64,000 nt of DNA from Octopus sinensis (taxonomy: Eukaryota). The translations under genes and the position numbers were made by a program. This document shows positions 62,828-64,000 of the stretch, piece by piece. The notes under the pieces are model-generated. The model was not told where the DNA came from. It did no database searches and saw only the letters and a list, made by a program, of their open reading frames with translations. How positions within the stretch are numbered: position 1 is the stretch's first letter; each line of letters begins with the position of its first letter. The DNA lies in contig NC_043004.1 in the NCBI RefSeq assembly GCF_006345805.1, forward strand, positions 19,592,001 through 19,656,000, in the 5' to 3' direction.

Positions 62828-63749
62828 TATATTAGGTTGTCAGGATTTTAATTCTTTGTTTGTTATTGAATTATAGCTACAAATATTTGAAAGAAACAGC
62901 AGTGCTATGGATATATGTGGGAACATATTTGTGTTTCGTTCTACATGCAATTTCGTTTTATAAAGTAACACGAATATTCTACTTCATATTACATTTGAAG
63001 TAGAACTGTTTTCCTTATCAAATATGAAAAATGTGAAAACAATCGACACCTTGAACCTTTGTTATTAATCATTGACAAACACACATGTTTGTCAATTAAA
63101 GAAATACCAGATCGAGCAATGAAACAATCAGGTGACTTATCGCAGTAACTGATTTCTTGTTTGTTGGATATAGAGATAAAAAGGAGGCGGATTGATAGAA
63201 CGCATAATGCCTCAAATGAAGACGAATAACTTAAAGGTTGCTGTTACTTAAAGACATACGTATTCATTTCCATGGGTGAATCTTTTGAAACGTTAGAATT
63301 GTTCAGGATCTCAATTATTCGTGCAAGAAGACTAAAGGACAATGTGTTTAAGCATAGGATTGATAAATAATAGAAACAATACAGCCCTGATTTAGTAATA
63401 TGAAACATCGTGTCGCTAAGAAAACATATTGTCTTGAGACAAATCTGTTTTGAAATAATGCTGTACAATTAAGTATTAAATGAATACATGAAGAATATTT
63501 AGTTGAATATGGTTTATGATATATTATCTTTAGTTCTAAACTCAAGAATTTAATTTTATTCTTTTCAAAAGGAAGTCTCTGTTTTGAAACTTTGGTTACA
63601 AATATAAATTTGATAATGAACGGTACTTAGTTTAACCAAACATGTACATAGATTAGTAAATAGGCACTTTTACATCTACAAAGGCAAATAACTTTCTGTA
63701 TACATCAACATTATTACATTTCCCATGCTTTATATAATGTAGCCGTTAA

Positions 63750-63935
63750 GACAGAGATTGGCGGAATCGTTCGGACAAAATTAACTTGTATTTCTTCCAG
63801 ATCTTTGCCTTATGAATTCAAATCTCTCCCAGGTCAACTTTGTCTCTGATCCCTTCGGGCTCACTATTTTAAGTATTAATCTAGAACTTGAGTTTATTTA
63901 ATCGTCTAACTGATTTCTATGAAATTTGTGTCTGT
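63750..63935 (+). mobile_element. SINE family B, degenerate
   Basis: ttggcggaatcgtt...tgaattcaaatc...ggtcaactttgtctctgatcccttcggg. Confidence 0.5.
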
Positions 63936-64000
63936 GTTAAAAACAATTATAATTTTTACAGTCATTATCAACATCATTATTTTTCTATATTATCACGGAT

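Overview
AT-rich eukaryotic DNA packed with transposable elements and microsatellites. The repeat families (tRNA-derived SINEs with internal (TA)n tracts, Dong/R4-like, Tx1/L1-like, CR1-like and Penelope-like elements) look like an octopod cephalopod genome; this rests on my recall of such repeats, not on a search. I found no host protein-coding exon I can support, and most ORFs in the track are microsatellite read-throughs. Best-preserved coding elements: a 5'-truncated CR1-group LINE ORF2 (3432-5893, one frameshift), a full-length but dead mariner with TIRs (6047-7277), a Penelope-like RT-thumb/GIY-YIG ORF (61077-61925), many Dong/R4 fragments next to (TAA)n arrays, an internally deleted Chapaev3-like transposon and a Helitron Rep fragment. 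The main unexplained signal is non-coding: at least five sequence-unrelated type I hammerhead-ribozyme-like motifs with (near-)palindromic stem III, in (TA)n-bounded or Penelope-LTR-like DNA, two of them within or beside long inverted duplications. The strongest case is a ~356-nt tandem unit at 57805-58513 whose inverted copy ends 1 nt from the predicted self-cleavage site, a candidate retrozyme/circRNA-type or Penelope-LTR system. The dominant SINE also shares a structurally conserved 3' tail with the CR1-like LINE in the same window. All folds and translations were done by eye; most TE fragment boundaries are approximate.
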